Shown: in pieces, positions 10,044-20,260 of the stretch
Position numbering within the stretch: position 1 is the first letter of the stretch
Layout: every line of letters starts with the position of its first letter
NCBI GenBank assembly: GCA_965197725.1
Contig: CBDANQ010000021.1
Span: 1-59,947, forward strand
Reading direction: 5' to 3'
Source: Longimicrobiales bacterium
GTDB taxonomy: Bacteria > Gemmatimonadota > Gemmatimonadetes > Longimicrobiales > Gaopeijiaceae
Length of the DNA stretch: 59,947 bases
The notes under the pieces: model-generated
Database searches by the model: none
What the model was told of the DNA's origin: nothing
The model's input: the letters and a program-made list of their open reading frames with translations, nothing else
Made by a program: the position numbers and the translations under genes

Positions 10044-11943
10044 GTGGGCCCGGCATGGGCGATGACTTGGAGGTGAAAGTCCTCCCGGAACCTGGTCGCA
10101 GGGACCGAAGGGAAGCGCAAGGCGTTCGTCGTGAGGCGTACGCTGAACGAAGCGTGAAACGAACCCGTGAGTCGACGAACAGGAACCGGATACGAGGCGC
10201 TGCGGACCGGGGCGAGCGGACCACTGACCGCGAAGCTCCTGCGACCAAGGGGAAGCGGCGTAGATCCGGCGATTGTGCGGGGAAGGTCATCGTTCTTACC
10301 CGGGGAGGTCTCGCCTGACGCCTGAAAGGGCGATGCCGGCATTGCGCTGTTGGGCCTGCCGGCGGAGCGAGAAGTCAGCAGAGGCCATAGTAGGCCGACG
10401 AAGTGCATGATGCGCTTGGACCCAGCTTTGTCGGACGAAGGGCCGAACGGAGAGGAGAGTGTGACGACCGTGGATCTCGAGAAGGCCATGCGCCAGGAGT
10501 CCAGGCAACTGGAGCTCCCGCTGGAGGATAGGGGTGAAGCCCCGAAGGTAGAGGGGAGTGGCGAAGCCGGAACGGTGGCCCATGGAGACGAGCGCTCAGG
10601 AAGCGAGCATCTCCTGATGGAGGAGGTGGTCGGGCGTGCCAACCTCGTAGGAGCGTTGAAACGCGTGCGGCAGAATAAGGGCAGTCCGGGCATCGACGGG
10701 ATGAGCGTGGAGGAGCTGCCAGAGTACTTGCGCAGGCACTGGGGGGAGATCCGACAGCGGTTGCTGGCGGGGACCTACCAACCGAAGCCGGTACGAAGGC
10801 AGGAGATACCGAAGAGTGGGGGAGGGGTCCGGGAGTTGGGGATTCCGACCGTGCTGGACCGGTTCATCCAACAAGCCATCCTGCAGGTGCTGCAACCGAG
10901 GTTCGACCCGACGTTCAGTCGGCACAGCCACGGCTTCCGGCCTGGGCGCCGAGCACACGATGCGGTGCGCGAAGCGCAGCAATACATCCAGGAAGGGAGA
11001 CGATGGGTGGTGGATGTGGACCTGGAGAAGTTTTTCGACCGGGTGAACCACGACGTGCTGATGGGGCGGCTGGCAAAGCGGATCGAGGATAAGGCGATGC
11101 TGCGGATCCTCCGTCGCTACCTGGAAGCCGGAGTCATGGCGAACGGGGTGGTGATGGAGCGGCACATGGGGACGCCTCAGGGCGGACCGTTGTCGCCGTT
11201 GCTGGCGAACGTGCTCCTGGACGAAGTGGACAAGGAGTTGGAGCTACGCGGACACGCGTTTGTCCGGTACGCCGATGACTGCAATGTATACGTGCGGTCG
11301 AGGCGGGCAGGACAACGTGTGATGCAGGCGCTGAGGCACTTGTACGGGAAACTTCGGCTTCAGGTCAACGAGGAAAAGAGCGCGGGGGCGCGAGTGTGGG
11401 ATCGACAGTTCCTGGGCTACAGCTTCTGGGTAGCGGCAGGGAAGGTCGTGAAGTGCCGGGTCAGCAAGAAGGCCCTGACGAAGTTCAAGGAGCGAGTCCG
11501 GCAGATTACAAGCCGGAGTGGCGGGCGGAGCCTGCAACAGGTGGCGGAAGAGCTACGGCGCTACGTGCTGGGGTGGAAGGCATACTTCGGCTTAGCGGAT
11601 ACACCGGGGGTTTTCCGAGACCTGGACCAATGGATCCACCGCCGGCTGCGTACGTTGCAATTACGCCAGTGGAAACGGGGAAGGACAGCGTACCGGGAGT
11701 TGAGGGCTCGCGGTGTGAGCGAGAACCTCGCCTGGCGCGCTGCTTGGTTCGCGCGAAGCTGGTGGCACGTGGCCGCGCACCACGCCCTGCACACGGCCTT
11801 GCCAGGGGCGTACTTCGACGAGCTGGGTGTGCCCCGGCTCACGCCGTACTGACCTCAACTCACCGAACCGCCAGGTGCGGACCCGCATGCCTGGTGGTGT
11901 GGGAGGGGAAGGACCGGGATCGCCGGTCCTCCCCTATCCCGAT
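10044..11943 (+). mobile_element. Group II intron, class IIC (bacterial class C)
   Basis: 5' GTGGGCCCGGCATGGG immediately after the terminator; domain V GAACCGCCAGGTGCGGACCCGCATGCCTGGTGGT with CGC triad; domain VI ending CCTATCCCGAT. Confidence 0.9.
10461..11852 (+). CDS. ltrA: Group II intron reverse transcriptase/maturase (no endonuclease domain)
   Basis: NKGSPGIDG, RELGIPTVLDR, VDLEKFFD, GTPQGGPLSPLLAN, RYADD, maturase GWKAYF; start uncertain (GAGGAG RBS before GTG 10461). Confidence 0.93.
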   Translation: MTTVDLEKAMRQESRQLELPLEDRGEAPKVEGSGEAGTVAHGDERSGSEHLLMEEVVGRANLVGALKRVRQNKGSPGIDGMSVEELPEYLRRHWGEIRQRLLAGTYQPKPVRRQEIPKSGGGVRELGIPTVLDRFIQQAILQVLQPRFDPTFSRHSHGFRPGRRAHDAVREAQQYIQEGRRWVVDVDLEKFFDRVNHDVLMGRLAKRIEDKAMLRILRRYLEAGVMANGVVMERHMGTPQGGPLSPLLANVLLDEVDKELELRGHAFVRYADDCNVYVRSRRAGQRVMQALRHLYGKLRLQVNEEKSAGARVWDRQFLGYSFWVAAGKVVKCRVSKKALTKFKERVRQITSRSGGRSLQQVAEELRRYVLGWKAYFGLADTPGVFRDLDQWIHRRLRTLQLRQWKRGRTAYRELRARGVSENLAWRAAWFARSWWHVAAHHALHTALPGAYFDELGVPRLTPY

Positions 11944-11953
11944 TTACCAATTC

Positions 11954-12703
11954 ATGTCGACGACAGATGCAACGATGACCACGGCTTATGCCGAGCGCCT
12001 GGCCGACACGATACCTCGTGTACGCGACCGCATCGCGGAGGCGGTAGATGCCCGGGGACGCGACGGAGCTTCCGTGCGCCTCATCGCGGTGACCAAGGCA
12101 CACCCGCTCGAGGCCGTCGAGGCAGCGTTGCAGGGCGGGCTGAGGGACCTGGGAGAAAACAGGGTCGAGGAGCTCGAGGGCAAGGTGGGTGCGCTCGGAC
12201 GAGGAGCTGCGACCTGGCACATGATCGGCCACTTGCAGAGCCGAAAGGCACGACAGGCGCTAGGTCTCTCGGACCTGATCCACTCGGTGGATTCGGTGAA
12301 GCTTGCGGAGCGGCTTGCACGGATGGCTCACGAAGACGGCCGCGTCGTGCACGTGTTGGCGCAGGTGAACAGTTCCGGGGAAGCCGCAAAGAGCGGCTTC
12401 GATCTCTCTCGCGCGGTGGAGGACGTGCTACCCCTCGCGGAGCTGCCCGGACTGAAGATGGACGGTTTGATGACCATGGCACCCTTCGGCGCCGAAGAGG
12501 CCGTCCTGTCGCGAGCATTCGGGGGGCTGCGCGAGATTCACGAGCAGCTGAGAGCTCAGGGCGCCCGAATCGGTCCGGAGCTGTCCATGGGAATGACAAA
12601 CGATCTGGAGATCGCGATCCGGGAAGGTAGTACGATGGTGCGCATCGGCACGGCGCTCTTCGGGCCGCGAGCCCAGAAGGCCTTTTCAGGAGCCGGACAA
12701 TGA
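11954..12703 (+). CDS. yggS: YggS/PLPBP pyridoxal phosphate homeostasis protein
   Basis: AVTK, GENRVEE, WHMIGHLQS, LSMGMTND, GSTMVRIGT; start 11954 or 11975. Confidence 0.93.
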   Translation: MSTTDATMTTAYAERLADTIPRVRDRIAEAVDARGRDGASVRLIAVTKAHPLEAVEAALQGGLRDLGENRVEELEGKVGALGRGAATWHMIGHLQSRKARQALGLSDLIHSVDSVKLAERLARMAHEDGRVVHVLAQVNSSGEAAKSGFDLSRAVEDVLPLAELPGLKMDGLMTMAPFGAEEAVLSRAFGGLREIHEQLRAQGARIGPELSMGMTNDLEIAIREGSTMVRIGTALFGPRAQKAFSGAGQ

Positions 12704-13356
12704 TCGATCTGACACCACTCGACGTACGCAACAAGCGTGGGGACTTCAAGAAGCTGATGCGGGGCTACGACCCTAAGGAGGTTGATGTCTTTCTGGAGAT
12801 CGCCGCGGAGCGTCTCGAAGAGCTCGTCCGGGAGAACATCGTGTTGCGGGAGCATTCCGAGAGCCTGGAGCGACAGGTGGGCGCGCAATCCGGCCGCGAA
12901 CAGGCGGTTCAGGAGGCGCTCGTGACCGCTCAGGAGTTGAGCGCCGACATTCAGTCTCAGGCGCAACGCGAGGCGGACCACCTGGTCCATGAGTCCGAGG
13001 CCGAAGCGCGCCGGCTTGCGGCGGAAGCCGAGGCGAATGTGCGGAACCTACTTCGAGACGCCGAGCGGAGGCTCGAGTTGGGCAGGGATGCGCTCGAGGA
13101 GATGGAGCGGCGCAGAACCCGGTTCCTCAAGGCGTTTCGCCAACTGCTGGAGCGGGAGCTCGACGTTGTCGACGTCGAGGATGAGCGGGCGCCGCTCGAG
13201 GAGCGGCCGATCAACCTCGACCTCGGGGGTGGGCGCTTGTCCAGGGACGAACCCGACTCCGAACAGGCGGAGTCGGAGGAGGCTCAGGAGGACACCGACG
13301 CGGCGTTGCTTCTCGCTTTCGATTCGGACGCCCCGGACGAGGACGATCGGGCCTGA
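12700..13356 (+). CDS. divIVA: DivIVA domain-containing coiled-coil protein
   Basis: LTPLDV..F.K.MRGYD..EVD.FL followed by coiled coil. Confidence 0.88.
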   Translation: MIDLTPLDVRNKRGDFKKLMRGYDPKEVDVFLEIAAERLEELVRENIVLREHSESLERQVGAQSGREQAVQEALVTAQELSADIQSQAQREADHLVHESEAEARRLAAEAEANVRNLLRDAERRLELGRDALEEMERRRTRFLKAFRQLLERELDVVDVEDERAPLEERPINLDLGGGRLSRDEPDSEQAESEEAQEDTDAALLLAFDSDAPDEDDRA

Positions 13357-13384
13357 AGCTCGACGCCTCTCAACGCCTGCTCCC

Positions 13385-14215
13385 GTGACGGAACGCCAAG
13401 GCCTGACCCAACGTGTGGATGCGGCGGTGGCCGCGGTGCACGAGCAGACGATCCATGAGCCGCGAGTCGGTATCGTGCTCGGCACCGGCCTCGGTGGTCT
13501 CGTCGACGAAGTGCGCGCCGAAGCCGTGGTCCCGTACGGGCCGATTCCGGGCTTTCCCGATCCCACGGTAGAAAGCCACTCCGGGCGGCTTGTGCTCGGC
13601 TGGCTCGGCGAGACGCCGGTCGTCGTCATGCAGGGGCGTTTCCACAAGTACGAGGGGTACTCGCTCCAGCGGGCGACCTTCCCGATTCGCGTGTTGAAGC
13701 GGCTGGGGGCCGAGACGCTCATCGTCACGAATGTTTCCGGTGGCATGAACCCGCTGTGGCGTGCCGGTGAGCTGGTGCTGATCGACGACCACATCAACCT
13801 GCTGGGGGACAACCCGCTCGTCGGGCCGAACGATGGAGCGTTCGGGCCGCGGTTCCCGGACATGTCCGAGCCGTACGACCGGGGACTGCAGCGGATCACG
13901 ATGTCGGCGGCCATGGACCTCGGAATTCGACTCAACCGCGGCGTCTACGTGGCGTGGACCGGACCCGCGCTCGAAACACGGGCGGAATATCGAATGCTGC
14001 GGGCGATGGGTGCCGACGTCGTCGGCATGTCGACGGTGCCCGAAGTGATCGTCGCGCGCCACATGGGGATGACCGTGCTGGGAGTCAGCATCATCACCGA
14101 CGAGTGCTTTCCCGATGCGTTGGAGGTCGCCGTCCTGTCCGAGATCATCGGGAACGCGACGAAGGCTGAACCGGATCTGACCCGGCTGATCACCCGCGTC
14201 GTCGAACAGCTATGA
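13385..14215 (+). CDS. punA: Purine-nucleoside phosphorylase (trimeric type)
   Basis: IVLGTGLG, QGRFHKYEG, GPALETRAE, VGMSTVPE. Confidence 0.92.
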   Translation: MTERQGLTQRVDAAVAAVHEQTIHEPRVGIVLGTGLGGLVDEVRAEAVVPYGPIPGFPDPTVESHSGRLVLGWLGETPVVVMQGRFHKYEGYSLQRATFPIRVLKRLGAETLIVTNVSGGMNPLWRAGELVLIDDHINLLGDNPLVGPNDGAFGPRFPDMSEPYDRGLQRITMSAAMDLGIRLNRGVYVAWTGPALETRAEYRMLRAMGADVVGMSTVPEVIVARHMGMTVLGVSIITDECFPDALEVAVLSEIIGNATKAEPDLTRLITRVVEQL

Positions 14216-17200
14216 CCTATCCCGAACGACCTGAGAGCCTGCTCGACATCGAAGAGGCGATGCTGGAGCGATGGCGTACGGAGGATCTCTTTCGCCAGAC
14301 GCTCGCCGCAAACGAGGACGGCGAGCCTTTCGTCTTCTACGAAGGTCCGCCCACGGCGAACGGCCGCCCCGGCCTTCACCACGTCATCGGTCGCACCATC
14401 AAAGACCTCGTCTGCCGTCACCACGCGATGCAAGGGCGGAGCATCACGCGCATCGCGGGTTGGGACACGCATGGCCTCCCGGTAGAGATCGAAGCCGAGA
14501 AGAAACTCGGCATCAGCGGCAAGCCCGAGATCGAAGCGCTCGGCATTGCCGAGTTCAACCAGGTCTGCAGGGATTCGGTCTTCACATACAAGGAAGAGTG
14601 GAAGGAGCTGAGCGAGCGCATCGCATACTGGCTGGAGTACTGGCGGCCTTACGTCACCTTCGAGCCGGAGTACATCGAGTCCGTCTGGTGGATCTTGAAG
14701 TCCTTCGCGGACAAGGACTTGCTCTATCGTGGGCACAAGAGCGTCCCGTACTGCCCCCGCTGCGGCACGACGCTCTCATCGCACGAGGTGGCGCAGGGGT
14801 ACAAGGATATCGAAGACCCGTCCCTGACGTTCGTCGCGGAGGTCTTGCACGACGATGGCGCACCGGACGGTCGCGTGCTCCTCGCCTGGACGACGACCCC
14901 GTGGACTGTGCCATCCAACACCGGGCTCGCGGTGCATCCAGAGCTCACGTACGTCGAGGTCGCGCGCGATGATCGTCGCTACATCGTCGCCGAGGCGCGG
15001 GCCGAGGCGCTCTTCGGGAAAAACGCCGAGATCGTCGGTACTCTCAAGGGCGCGGACCTGGTTGGCTTGCGTTACCGCCGCCCGTTGGAAGTCGTACCCA
15101 TGCCCGACGATCCGGAAAACGGTTGGACGGTCGTCGGCGAGGACTTCGTCAGTGCCCAGGACGGCACGGGCATCGTGCACATGGCGCCGGCGTTCGGGGC
15201 CGACGACTACGCGGTGGGGCAGAAACACGGCCTGCCGATGCTCAATCCGATCGACGACGCGGGCCGCTTCCACGACTACGTCGACCTCGTGGCCGGCCGA
15301 TTCGTGAAGGACGCGGACCCGGTCTTGGTCGACGCGCTGCGTGATCGCGGTCTGCTCTTCGATATCGGACGGATCACGCACAGCTATCCGCACTGCTGGC
15401 GGTGCGACTCGCCGCTGCTGTACATGGCCCGCGATTCATGGTTCATCCGCACGTCCAGCCTGAAGGAGCAGTTGCTTGCCAACAACGAGCAGGTCGCCTG
15501 GTATCCAAGCGAAGTGGGCGAGAACCGCTTCGGGGAGTGGCTGCGTGGCAACGTTGACTGGGCGCTGTCACGAGACCGCTACTGGGGCACGCCGCTGCCC
15601 GCCTGGGTGTGTGACGGAGACGACAGACATACGCATTGGGTCGGTTCGCTCGCTGAGCTGGCGGAGGCGGCGGGCGAGCTGCGGGATGACTTCGATCCGC
15701 ACCGCCCCTTCATCGATGAACTGACATGGGGGTGCGCCGAGTGCGACGGCACGATGCGCCGCACGCCCGAGGTCATCGACGTTTGGTTCGATTCCGGCGC
15801 GATGCCGTTCGCGCAGTGGCACTACCCTTTCGAGAACACCGACGAGTTCCGTCGGCACTTCCCGGCCGACTTCATCAGCGAGGGGCTCGACCAGACGCGG
15901 GGGTGGTTCTACTCGCTGTTGGCGATCTCGACGCTGCTCGGTCGAGGCCCATGCTATCGCAACGTGATCGTGAACGACATGATCCTGGACCCCGAAGGGC
16001 AGAAGATGTCCAAGTCCAAGGGCAACCTCGTGAACCCGTGGGACGCGATCGCCCAACACGGTGCCGATGCCCTGCGCTGGTACTTCATCACGTCATCCAA
16101 CCCGTGGGTTCCGAAGCGATACGACTCGGAGGCTGTGAAAGAGGCCGCGAGGAAGTTCTTCGACACGCTCTTGAACACGTACCACTTCTTCAGGCTGTAC
16201 GCATCAGTGGAAGAGTGGTCGCCGTCGGACACCGACCCCGTGGCGGCCGACCGCCCGCTGCTGGATCAGTGGCTGCTCTCGCGGCTCGACTCGGTGGTCC
16301 GGGGCGTCAGGCAGGAGCTGGACGGCTATCAGATCACGAGGGCGTACCGCTTGCTGGGAGACTTCGTCGTCGAAGACCTCTCGAACTGGTATGTGCGCCG
16401 GAGCCGATCGCGCTTCTGGGGCAACAGCGAAGCGGACGACATGCGCGCGGCCTTTCGTACGCTCTGGGATGCGTTGCGTCAGGCCTCGCTGCTCGCGGCG
16501 CCCGTCGTGCCGTTCGTGGCCGATTGGCTACATCGCGCACTGACCGGAAACAGCGTCCATCTCGAGCGCTATCCCCAGCCGTCGGATCTGCTCGACGAGG
16601 GACTCGAGGCCGACATGGCCGCTGCCCGGACGCTCGTATCGCTGGGCCGTGCCGCGCGTGAGGAGGGACGGATTCGTGTACGACAGCCGCTGCGTCGGGC
16701 GGAGGCGGTACTGCCAGGGTCTCGGACGCTCTCCGGGGAGGTGCTCGACGTCGTGCGCGAGGAGCTGAACGTGAAGGAGGTCGACTTCCTCACCGATGCC
16801 GACGAGCTGGTCACGCTCGTGCCGCGGCCGAACTACCGCGCGCTGGGGCCGCGGTTCGGCACGAAGACGAACGAGGCGGCGAATGTCCTGCGCGCGTTGT
16901 CCCAGGAGGCGCTGGCGGCGTACCTGGACCGACAGGCGGTGGAGTTCGAGGTCGAGGGTCAGATGCACGCGCTCGAGCCGGGCGACCTCGAGATCGTCCA
17001 GGAGGCGTTGGGTGACCTGATCGTGAAGGGTGAGGGTGCGACCACCATCGCGCTCGATGCGACACTCGACGACGAACTCATCGCCGAGGGCCTCGCGCGC
17101 GAGCTCGTGAACCGAATTCAGCGGCTGCGTAGGGATGTGGACCTCGAGATCACCGATCGCATCGACCTGCTGATCACGGGCCCGCAACGTGTCCGTGAGG

Positions 17201-17355
17201 TGGCGACCATACACCGCGACTTCATTGGGGGAGAAACGCTAGCCCTGACCGTCGCGGTGGAGGATGACGTCAGCGACGGGACCTTCGAGCATGTGCGGGA
17301 CGTCGACCTGGACGGCACGCCGGCGAAGATCGCGCTCCGGACGGTCTCCGCCTAG
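14212..17355 (+). CDS. ileS: Isoleucine--tRNA ligase, type 2
   Basis: EGPPTANGRPGLHH, GWDTHGLP, WTTTPWT, KMSKS; type 2 C-terminus (EGLARELVNRIQ) without zinc finger. Confidence 0.97.
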   Translation: MTYPERPESLLDIEEAMLERWRTEDLFRQTLAANEDGEPFVFYEGPPTANGRPGLHHVIGRTIKDLVCRHHAMQGRSITRIAGWDTHGLPVEIEAEKKLGISGKPEIEALGIAEFNQVCRDSVFTYKEEWKELSERIAYWLEYWRPYVTFEPEYIESVWWILKSFADKDLLYRGHKSVPYCPRCGTTLSSHEVAQGYKDIEDPSLTFVAEVLHDDGAPDGRVLLAWTTTPWTVPSNTGLAVHPELTYVEVARDDRRYIVAEARAEALFGKNAEIVGTLKGADLVGLRYRRPLEVVPMPDDPENGWTVVGEDFVSAQDGTGIVHMAPAFGADDYAVGQKHGLPMLNPIDDAGRFHDYVDLVAGRFVKDADPVLVDALRDRGLLFDIGRITHSYPHCWRCDSPLLYMARDSWFIRTSSLKEQLLANNEQVAWYPSEVGENRFGEWLRGNVDWALSRDRYWGTPLPAWVCDGDDRHTHWVGSLAELAEAAGELRDDFDPHRPFIDELTWGCAECDGTMRRTPEVIDVWFDSGAMPFAQWHYPFENTDEFRRHFPADFISEGLDQTRGWFYSLLAISTLLGRGPCYRNVIVNDMILDPEGQKMSKSKGNLVNPWDAIAQHGADALRWYFITSSNPWVPKRYDSEAVKEAARKFFDTLLNTYHFFRLYASVEEWSPSDTDPVAADRPLLDQWLLSRLDSVVRGVRQELDGYQITRAYRLLGDFVVEDLSNWYVRRSRSRFWGNSEADDMRAAFRTLWDALRQASLLAAPVVPFVADWLHRALTGNSVHLERYPQPSDLLDEGLEADMAAARTLVSLGRAAREEGRIRVRQPLRRAEAVLPGSRTLSGEVLDVVREELNVKEVDFLTDADELVTLVPRPNYRALGPRFGTKTNEAANVLRALSQEALAAYLDRQAVEFEVEGQMHALEPGDLEIVQEALGDLIVKGEGATTIALDATLDDELIAEGLARELVNRIQRLRRDVDLEITDRIDLLITGPQRVREVATIHRDFIGGETLALTVAVEDDVSDGTFEHVRDVDLDGTPAKIALRTVSA

Positions 17356-18323
17356 TGGAAGGCCTGGAAGGCACCACACACAGGCTCACCGTCGCTGAGG
17401 GGGAGGTAGGTCGCCTCGACTCCTTCATCGCCGAACAGCTCGCGCTCTCCCGTACCCGAGCGCAGAAGCTACTCGCGTCCGGCTTGGTACTGTTGGATGG
17501 TCAGGCGGCCAAGAAGTCCGATGCCGTCTCCGCCGGTGCGGTCGTCGAGGTCCAGGTGCCGCGGCCCGAGTCGGTCGAGATCGAGGCGGAAGACCTCCCG
17601 CTCGACATCGTCTACGAGGACAACACGCTGGTGGTGGTGAACAAGGCCGCGGGCATGGTAGTCCATCCGGCGCCTGGGCACCGCTCGGGCACGCTGGTGA
17701 ACGCGCTGATGCATCATATCCGGGATCTCTCCGGCGTGGGCGGCCGTCTCCGGCCCGGCATCGTACACAGGCTCGATCGCCACACGTCCGGGCTGCTTGT
17801 GGTCGCGAAGAACGACGAGGCGCATCACGTGCTCTCAGATGCCCTCCGCGGTCACGGGGTGAAGCGTCAGTATCAAGCCGCTGTGTGGGGACATCTGCCT
17901 GATGACGAGGTGACGATCGACGCCCCCATCGGCCGAGACCGCAAGGACCGGAAGCGGATGGCCGTCATGGACGACGGCCGCGCCGCGCTCTCGCGTGTCG
18001 TCGTCAGCGAGCGCTGGACCCGGGTCGACTTCCTGCGCGTGGCGCTCGAGACAGGGCGCACTCACCAGATTCGTGTGCACCTGAAGCACATCGGGCATCC
18101 CGTTGTCGGCGATGCCGTCTACGGAGTCGGTTGGGAGCGGGGGATGGGGGGGCCTCAGCGGGCGTGGGCGCAGGAGTTCGCTCGACGGGTCCCGAGGCAG
18201 TTCTTGCACGCCGCGGAATTGGTCTTCGACCACCCGATTTCGGGCGACAGAATGCACTTCGAGGCCCCTCTGCCGCAGGAGCTGGCGCATGCCGCGGCCT
18301 GGGCGCGAGGTGACCCCCGGTAG
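17355..18323 (+). CDS. rluD: RluA/RluD family pseudouridine synthase
   Basis: S4 domain, VHRLDRHTSG, ETGRTHQIRVH, QFLHA. Confidence 0.92.
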   Translation: MEGLEGTTHRLTVAEGEVGRLDSFIAEQLALSRTRAQKLLASGLVLLDGQAAKKSDAVSAGAVVEVQVPRPESVEIEAEDLPLDIVYEDNTLVVVNKAAGMVVHPAPGHRSGTLVNALMHHIRDLSGVGGRLRPGIVHRLDRHTSGLLVVAKNDEAHHVLSDALRGHGVKRQYQAAVWGHLPDDEVTIDAPIGRDRKDRKRMAVMDDGRAALSRVVVSERWTRVDFLRVALETGRTHQIRVHLKHIGHPVVGDAVYGVGWERGMGGPQRAWAQEFARRVPRQFLHAAELVFDHPISGDRMHFEAPLPQELAHAAAWARGDPR

Positions 18324-18346
18324 GGTCGGGATCGGCCCTTTTTTTC
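18322..18346 (+). terminator. Rho-independent terminator after the rluA-family gene
   Basis: AGGGTCG-GGAT-CGGCCCT followed by a T run. Confidence 0.7.
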
Positions 18347-18427
18347 GCGGCCTCTCTCCCCGATACTTATCGTCTATTTTTGTGCCCACCAACCACGGTA
18401 TCTCAGGAGTCTCCGCGACATCGGTTT

Positions 18428-20260
18428 ATGACGGATCTCGATGCCAAACTGACCTTCGACTCCTTCGTAGTCGGGCCAGCCAACCGGCTGGCCTCGGCGG
18501 CTGCGAAGCGCGCGGCGGAGTCTCCCGGCACGGGTTACAATCCCCTCTTCGTGTATTCGGCGTCCGGGCTGGGCAAGTCTCACATCCTCACGGCCATCGC
18601 GCATCACGCAGGCAAGCTCGATGCGGTGGGCGACGTCGAGTACATGGGCCTCGAGGAATACCTTGAGGAGCTCGCAGCTGCCATCGAGGGGGGTGGCAGC
18701 GACGGATTCAAGGACCGCTACAACGATCTCGCGATCCTGCTGCTGGACGACGTTCAGTTCCTCACCGGGCAGCGCGAGGCACAGGAGATGTTGCTGCGCA
18801 CGCTCGACGACCTTTCCGCGGCGGGAGGTCAGATCGTGTTGGCGAGTGACCGCCCACCGGCGGACATTGACGGCTTGGACGCACGTCTGCTGTCGCGCTT
18901 CTCCGGTGGGTTGATCGTCGACATCGGTGCTCCCCAATACGAGACGCGGGTCGCGATCATCCGGAAGAAAGCGGAGGAGAGAGACCAACCGTTGCAGACC
19001 GGAGTCGCCGAGGCGCTCGCACGCTATCCGTTCAGGAACGTACGTGAGCTCGGGGGAGCCCTGAACAAGGTTTTCGCGACGCAGGACCTGGGGGAGCGCG
19101 AAGTCGCCGCCGAGGAGATCGCCGAGATGATGGGCGAGTTGGGCCTCGACACCAGCGCGGGTGAGAATTCCAGCGAGTTCGGCACTTTCTTGGACGATCT
19201 ACAGGAAACCGTCGCTGAGACCGTCGAAGAGAGGGAGGAGCCGTGGCGGAAAGCGATTCGCGAGGCCGTCGACGCTGCCGAGCGGGAAGGCTTCGAGGTA
19301 AAGCGATTGCTGGCCTACCAGGACGGAAGCGAGCCTGACGGGTGGCAGGGCATCGTGGATGCGTTCAAGGCCGACGTGCAGCGCCTGCGCGACATCGACA
19401 ATCAGCTGGACGCCCTCGGCAATCCTTGGCCGGAGGCCGCGGCGGGGATTCTCAAGAACCCGGAGACGCTCGACGAGGCCGAGGCTCTGTTGACGACGGT
19501 GCGCGAGCGCCAGCGCCGGTTCCCCAGGCTCGGAGAAGGGCCGTCCCTCGATGACCTGAAGGGCTTCCCTCCGATGGCCGTGAACGCGGCGCGACAGCTC
19601 GTCGCAGCCGAGAAGCCCGAGTACAACCCCCTGTACGTGTGGTCCTCCAAGCCCGAACTCGGGCGAACGCTACTCGGCGCGGCCGGTTGTACGCATCAAG
19701 CGAGTGCGGGCCCGGAGGTCAGGGCCGCGGTGACTTCCGTCGCCGAGTTCTCGGAGGACTTCATCAGGGCTCTGGGCGAGGGGGTGGCGGGTGCGTGGCG
19801 GGAGCGGTGGTGGACCGTGGACATGCTCATGGTGCACGGCATGGATGCGCTTTCCGAGACCGAGCGGGCGCAGGACGAGTTCTTCCATCTCTTCGAGGCG
19901 CTCAAGCGGCGCGGTGCTCGCATCATGCTCGTCGGTGACCGCCCTCCTTCGGGCATCGAGGGCATCGACGAGCGCCTTCGCTCCCGCTTCGAGGGTGGCC
20001 TGGTCGTGGAGGTCGACGCCGGGACTAGTGCCGGCGAGCTCGAGCTGGTCGGGGCGCCAGGGTCTGAGGAGGGCTCGTACATCCCAGCGCCGGACGACCG
20101 CATGGATGCGAGCACTCCGGGTGATGGCGCTTCGGCGCACCAGCCCGTGCCGATCGTGACGCAAGCGCCTACCAAGGGCGGCGCCTGGTTCCCTTCGGCG
20201 GAGAACGTGGTTCTCATGTGGCCGAAGATCGATGACCTCCTGATCGAAGAGCTCGACTGA
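18428..20260 (+). CDS. DnaA/Hda-family protein with two tandem AAA+ modules (second degenerate)
   Basis: TFDSFVVGPAN, YNPLFVYSASGLGKS, LLDDVQFL, RLLSRFSGG; second YNPLYVW...QDEFFHLF...RLRSRFEGG. Confidence 0.85.
   Translation: MTDLDAKLTFDSFVVGPANRLASAAAKRAAESPGTGYNPLFVYSASGLGKSHILTAIAHHAGKLDAVGDVEYMGLEEYLEELAAAIEGGGSDGFKDRYNDLAILLLDDVQFLTGQREAQEMLLRTLDDLSAAGGQIVLASDRPPADIDGLDARLLSRFSGGLIVDIGAPQYETRVAIIRKKAEERDQPLQTGVAEALARYPFRNVRELGGALNKVFATQDLGEREVAAEEIAEMMGELGLDTSAGENSSEFGTFLDDLQETVAETVEEREEPWRKAIREAVDAAEREGFEVKRLLAYQDGSEPDGWQGIVDAFKADVQRLRDIDNQLDALGNPWPEAAAGILKNPETLDEAEALLTTVRERQRRFPRLGEGPSLDDLKGFPPMAVNAARQLVAAEKPEYNPLYVWSSKPELGRTLLGAAGCTHQASAGPEVRAAVTSVAEFSEDFIRALGEGVAGAWRERWWTVDMLMVHGMDALSETERAQDEFFHLFEALKRRGARIMLVGDRPPSGIEGIDERLRSRFEGGLVVEVDAGTSAGELELVGAPGSEEGSYIPAPDDRMDASTPGDGASAHQPVPIVTQAPTKGGAWFPSAENVVLMWPKIDDLLIEELD

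Noticed and set aside
10461..11852. RT as a retron, DGR or defence RT
   Set aside because: RT0, YADD, maturase domain and flanking intron domains V/VI identify a group II intron; no TR/VR pair or msr-msd seen
11396..12703. 435-aa ORF as an extended YggS
   Set aside because: The N-terminal part is an alternate frame of the intron; YggS similarity starts after 11943
18428..20260. Replication initiator dnaA with oriC
   Set aside because: Lacks domains I and IV; no dnaN or DnaA-box cluster nearby
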